Assembly (NCBI RefSeq): GCF_000284115.1
Contig: NC_017080.1
Coordinates: forward strand, 2,850,001-2,882,000
Direction: 5' to 3'
From: Phycisphaera mikurensis NBRC 102666
GTDB taxonomy: Bacteria > Planctomycetota > Phycisphaerae > Phycisphaerales > Phycisphaeraceae
DNA: 32,000 nucleotides
Below are positions 25,713-32,000 of the stretch, piece after piece. The position numbers and the translations under genes are program-made. Every line of letters begins with the position of its first letter. Position 1 is the stretch's first letter. The notes below the pieces were generated by a model. It saw nothing but the letters and a program-made list of their open reading frames with translations, was not told where the DNA came from and did not search any database.

Positions 25713-26927
25713 TTGCCCGCCGCCTGCTTCTACTTCCAGCTCCACCAGCCCCGGCGGCTGCGTCGGTTCACCGCCTTCGACGGCGGGACGGACTACTTCG
25801 ACGAGGCGGCGAACGCGGAGATCCTCCGCCGCGTCGCCACCCGCAGCTACCTGCCTGGGCTCCGCCTGCTGCGGGGCATGCTCGCCGAGGGCGGCGCCGA
25901 GTCGATGCGGGTGGGCCTCTCGGTGACCGGCGAGCTCATGGAGCAGCTCGCCGAGCACGCGCCCGCCGTGCTCGAGGAGCTCGCGGCGCTCGCCGCCACC
26001 GGGAAGGCGGAGTTCCTCGGCGAGACCTACCACCACAGCCTCGCGTCCTTCTACGACCTCGACGAGTTCGAGTCCCAGGTGGTGCGGCACGCCGAGGCGG
26101 TCCGGGAGCGCTTCGGCCAGACGCCGGTCGTGTTCCGCAACACCGAGCTGCTCTACAGCGACGCGCTGGCGGCGCAGCTGGTGGAGCTCGGCGGCTACAC
26201 CGGCGTGCTCACCGAGGGCGTCGAGCGTTCCCTCGGGGGCCGCAGCCCCAACCGGCTCTACGCGCCGGCGTTGCCGCCGGCGGCCCCCGCCGACGCCCAC
26301 GCGGACGCTCCGGCCGCCACGCCGCCGGCGATCCTGCTGCGGAACCACCCGCTCTCGGACGCCATCGGCTTCCGCTTCGGCGTCTCCGGCCCCCACGGCG
26401 GCCGCCTGACCGCCACGCACTACGCGCGGCTGCTCGCCGACCAGCCCGGCGACGTGGTCGGCGTGTTCCTCGACTTCGAGGTCTTCGGCGAGCACCAAGC
26501 CGGGCCGAAGCACACCTTCGACTTCCTCGCCGGCCTCCCCGAGGCGCTGGCGAGTGCCGGCGTGCCCTGCGTCGCCCCCGCCGAAGCCATCGACCTGTAC
26601 CGCCCCGTCGGCCGCCTCGCCGCGCCCAAGGCGATCAGCTGGGCCGACCGAGAGCGGGACCTCTCGGCGTGGCTCGGCAACGCCATGCAAGCCAGCGCCG
26701 CCGCGGACCACTACGCGCTGGCCGGGGCGATCGCCCGGAGCGGCGACGAGCCGCTTCTCCGCGACTGGCGCCGGCTCTCCAACTCGGATCACCTCTACTA
26801 CATGTCGACCAAGGGCGAGGGGGACGGGGCGGTGCACCGGTCGTTCAGCCCTTACGAGTCGCCCTACGCCGCGTACATCAACTACATGAACGTGCTGGAC
26901 TCGCTGCGGGCGCGGGCGCGGGGTTGA
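25713..26927 (+). CDS. GH57-family alpha-amylase-like protein
   Basis: CFYFQLHQPRRLRRF, FLGETYHHSLASFYD, VVFRNTELLYSD, GVFLDFEVFGEHQ, HLYYMSTKG; probable TTG start; 404 aa. Confidence 0.85.
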   Translation: MPAACFYFQLHQPRRLRRFTAFDGGTDYFDEAANAEILRRVATRSYLPGLRLLRGMLAEGGAESMRVGLSVTGELMEQLAEHAPAVLEELAALAATGKAEFLGETYHHSLASFYDLDEFESQVVRHAEAVRERFGQTPVVFRNTELLYSDALAAQLVELGGYTGVLTEGVERSLGGRSPNRLYAPALPPAAPADAHADAPAATPPAILLRNHPLSDAIGFRFGVSGPHGGRLTATHYARLLADQPGDVVGVFLDFEVFGEHQAGPKHTFDFLAGLPEALASAGVPCVAPAEAIDLYRPVGRLAAPKAISWADRERDLSAWLGNAMQASAAADHYALAGAIARSGDEPLLRDWRRLSNSDHLYYMSTKGEGDGAVHRSFSPYESPYAAYINYMNVLDSLRARARG

Positions 26928-27188
26928 GGCACCCCCGAGGGAGCCGGGCCCTCTGGACCGACCCGGGCCGTCGCTCCCGAGGGAGCCGTCCGTCCGCGGC
27001 GGTTCGAGCCGGAGGACGGGCCCTCCGGGGGAAGCGAGGACACCAGCCCCCCCCCGCCGCGGCGTCGCATCCGACCGCAGCCGGAGCGCAGCGGCCCAGC
27101 GCTCCTCGGTGCCGAGCCGCAGCGAGGAGGCGTCCCTCCGCCCGCCGGGGCTTCCGGGCCACCCGCAACGCCGCTCTAAACTTCGCGC

Positions 27189-31346
<4,158 letters not shown>

Positions 31347-31654
31347 CGCTCCTCCCGAGAGCAGCCCGCCCGCTCGAGAGCCCGTCGTTCGTGGACGAGG
31401 CGCGTGGGCCGCACGCCCGACACCCCGGGAGGTCGATCGAGGCAGGAGCCTGCCGAGTCGGGCAGAAGCCGGTCACGAGGACGAGCAACCCTTGTCGGCC
31501 GCTGCCGCTGAGCATGCAGACGGCGCCGGCAGGAGGGTCGCACGCGACGGGGGCGCGGGCGGCGAACCCGCCGCCGCCAGGAGACCGCGGCGGAGGATGA
31601 GACGGCGGCGACCGGGTGGCCCCTCCGCCCAGACGCTGAGGGCCGAACCGCCTG

Positions 31655-32000
31655 CTGCGAGCGCGGCCAGGCGTGGCTGCGCGAGCTGAGCGGCAACGCC
31701 GCTCTGTCTGGCTTGTGCACGAGGAAGCTGGATCGCGACGCGGACAGCGTGGCGTCGCCACGCAGCTATCGCAGCCAGGCTGGCTTCGCGAGCTGAGCGG
31801 CGACGCCGCTCTGTCTGGCTTGTGCGCGAGGGAGCTGGGTCGCGACCCGGACAGCGTGGCGTCGCCACGCAGCTAGCGCGGCCAGGCTGGCTTCGAGAGC
31901 TGAGCGGCGACGCCGCTCTGTCTGCTTGTGCGCAAAGGAGCTGGATTGGCGACGCGGCCAGGCTGGCTTCGCGAGCTGAGCGGCGACGCCGCTCTGTCTG
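31655..32000 (+). repeat. Second locus of the palindromic repeat family: cores at 31698, 31805, 31912 (107-bp steps) and 31988 (76-bp step), continuing beyond the window
   Basis: GCCGCTCTGTCTG cores; long units carry a second palindrome GCGTGGCG-T-CGCCACGC at 31747..31763 and 31854..31870. Confidence 0.95.

Noticed and set aside
26928-27188. Another 46-bp-element copy near 26951-26999 (CTCTGGACCG ... CCGTCCGCGG)
   Set aside because: Spacing is off by 3 bp and the ends have several mismatches, so chance similarity in GC-rich sequence is likely.

Overview
GC-rich bacterial chromosomal window. The gene set suggests a planctomycete/Phycisphaerae-like genome, but this is inference only. Densely packed housekeeping and metabolic genes: a tandem FKBP-type isomerase, a peptide ABC transporter binding protein and permease, a gamma-carbonic-anhydrase-like protein, two hotdog dehydratases and an acyl carrier protein, CstA, FtsK, an FHA-TM-VWA protein, tRNA-Glu(TTC), tRNA-Pro(CGG), a citramalate-synthase-like protein, peptide deformylase, HU/IHF, a BioF-like enzyme, Mn-catalase, a DUF4142-like protein, a GH32/43-like protein, NDH-2, GH57 and DnaE. 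I found no convincing new defence or mobile gene cassette. The most unusual content is non-coding. (1) A family of 46-bp intergenic elements, CCGCGGACCG-N26-CGGTCCGCGG, has four copies with perfect 10-bp terminal inverted repeats and exactly the same spacing, plus one degenerate copy. (2) A palindromic tandem-repeat family has 76/77-bp and 106/107-bp unit forms and occurs at two loci about 27 kb apart. The left array fills the whole gap between two convergent genes and stays open in several frames, giving spurious ORFs. (3) There is a 25-bp imperfect inverted repeat with an orphan arm copy, a duplicated terminator hairpin after tRNA-Pro, and a perfect 17-bp inverted repeat just upstream of Mn-catalase. 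All coordinates and motif matches were read by eye. Family assignments come from recognised motifs, not database searches.
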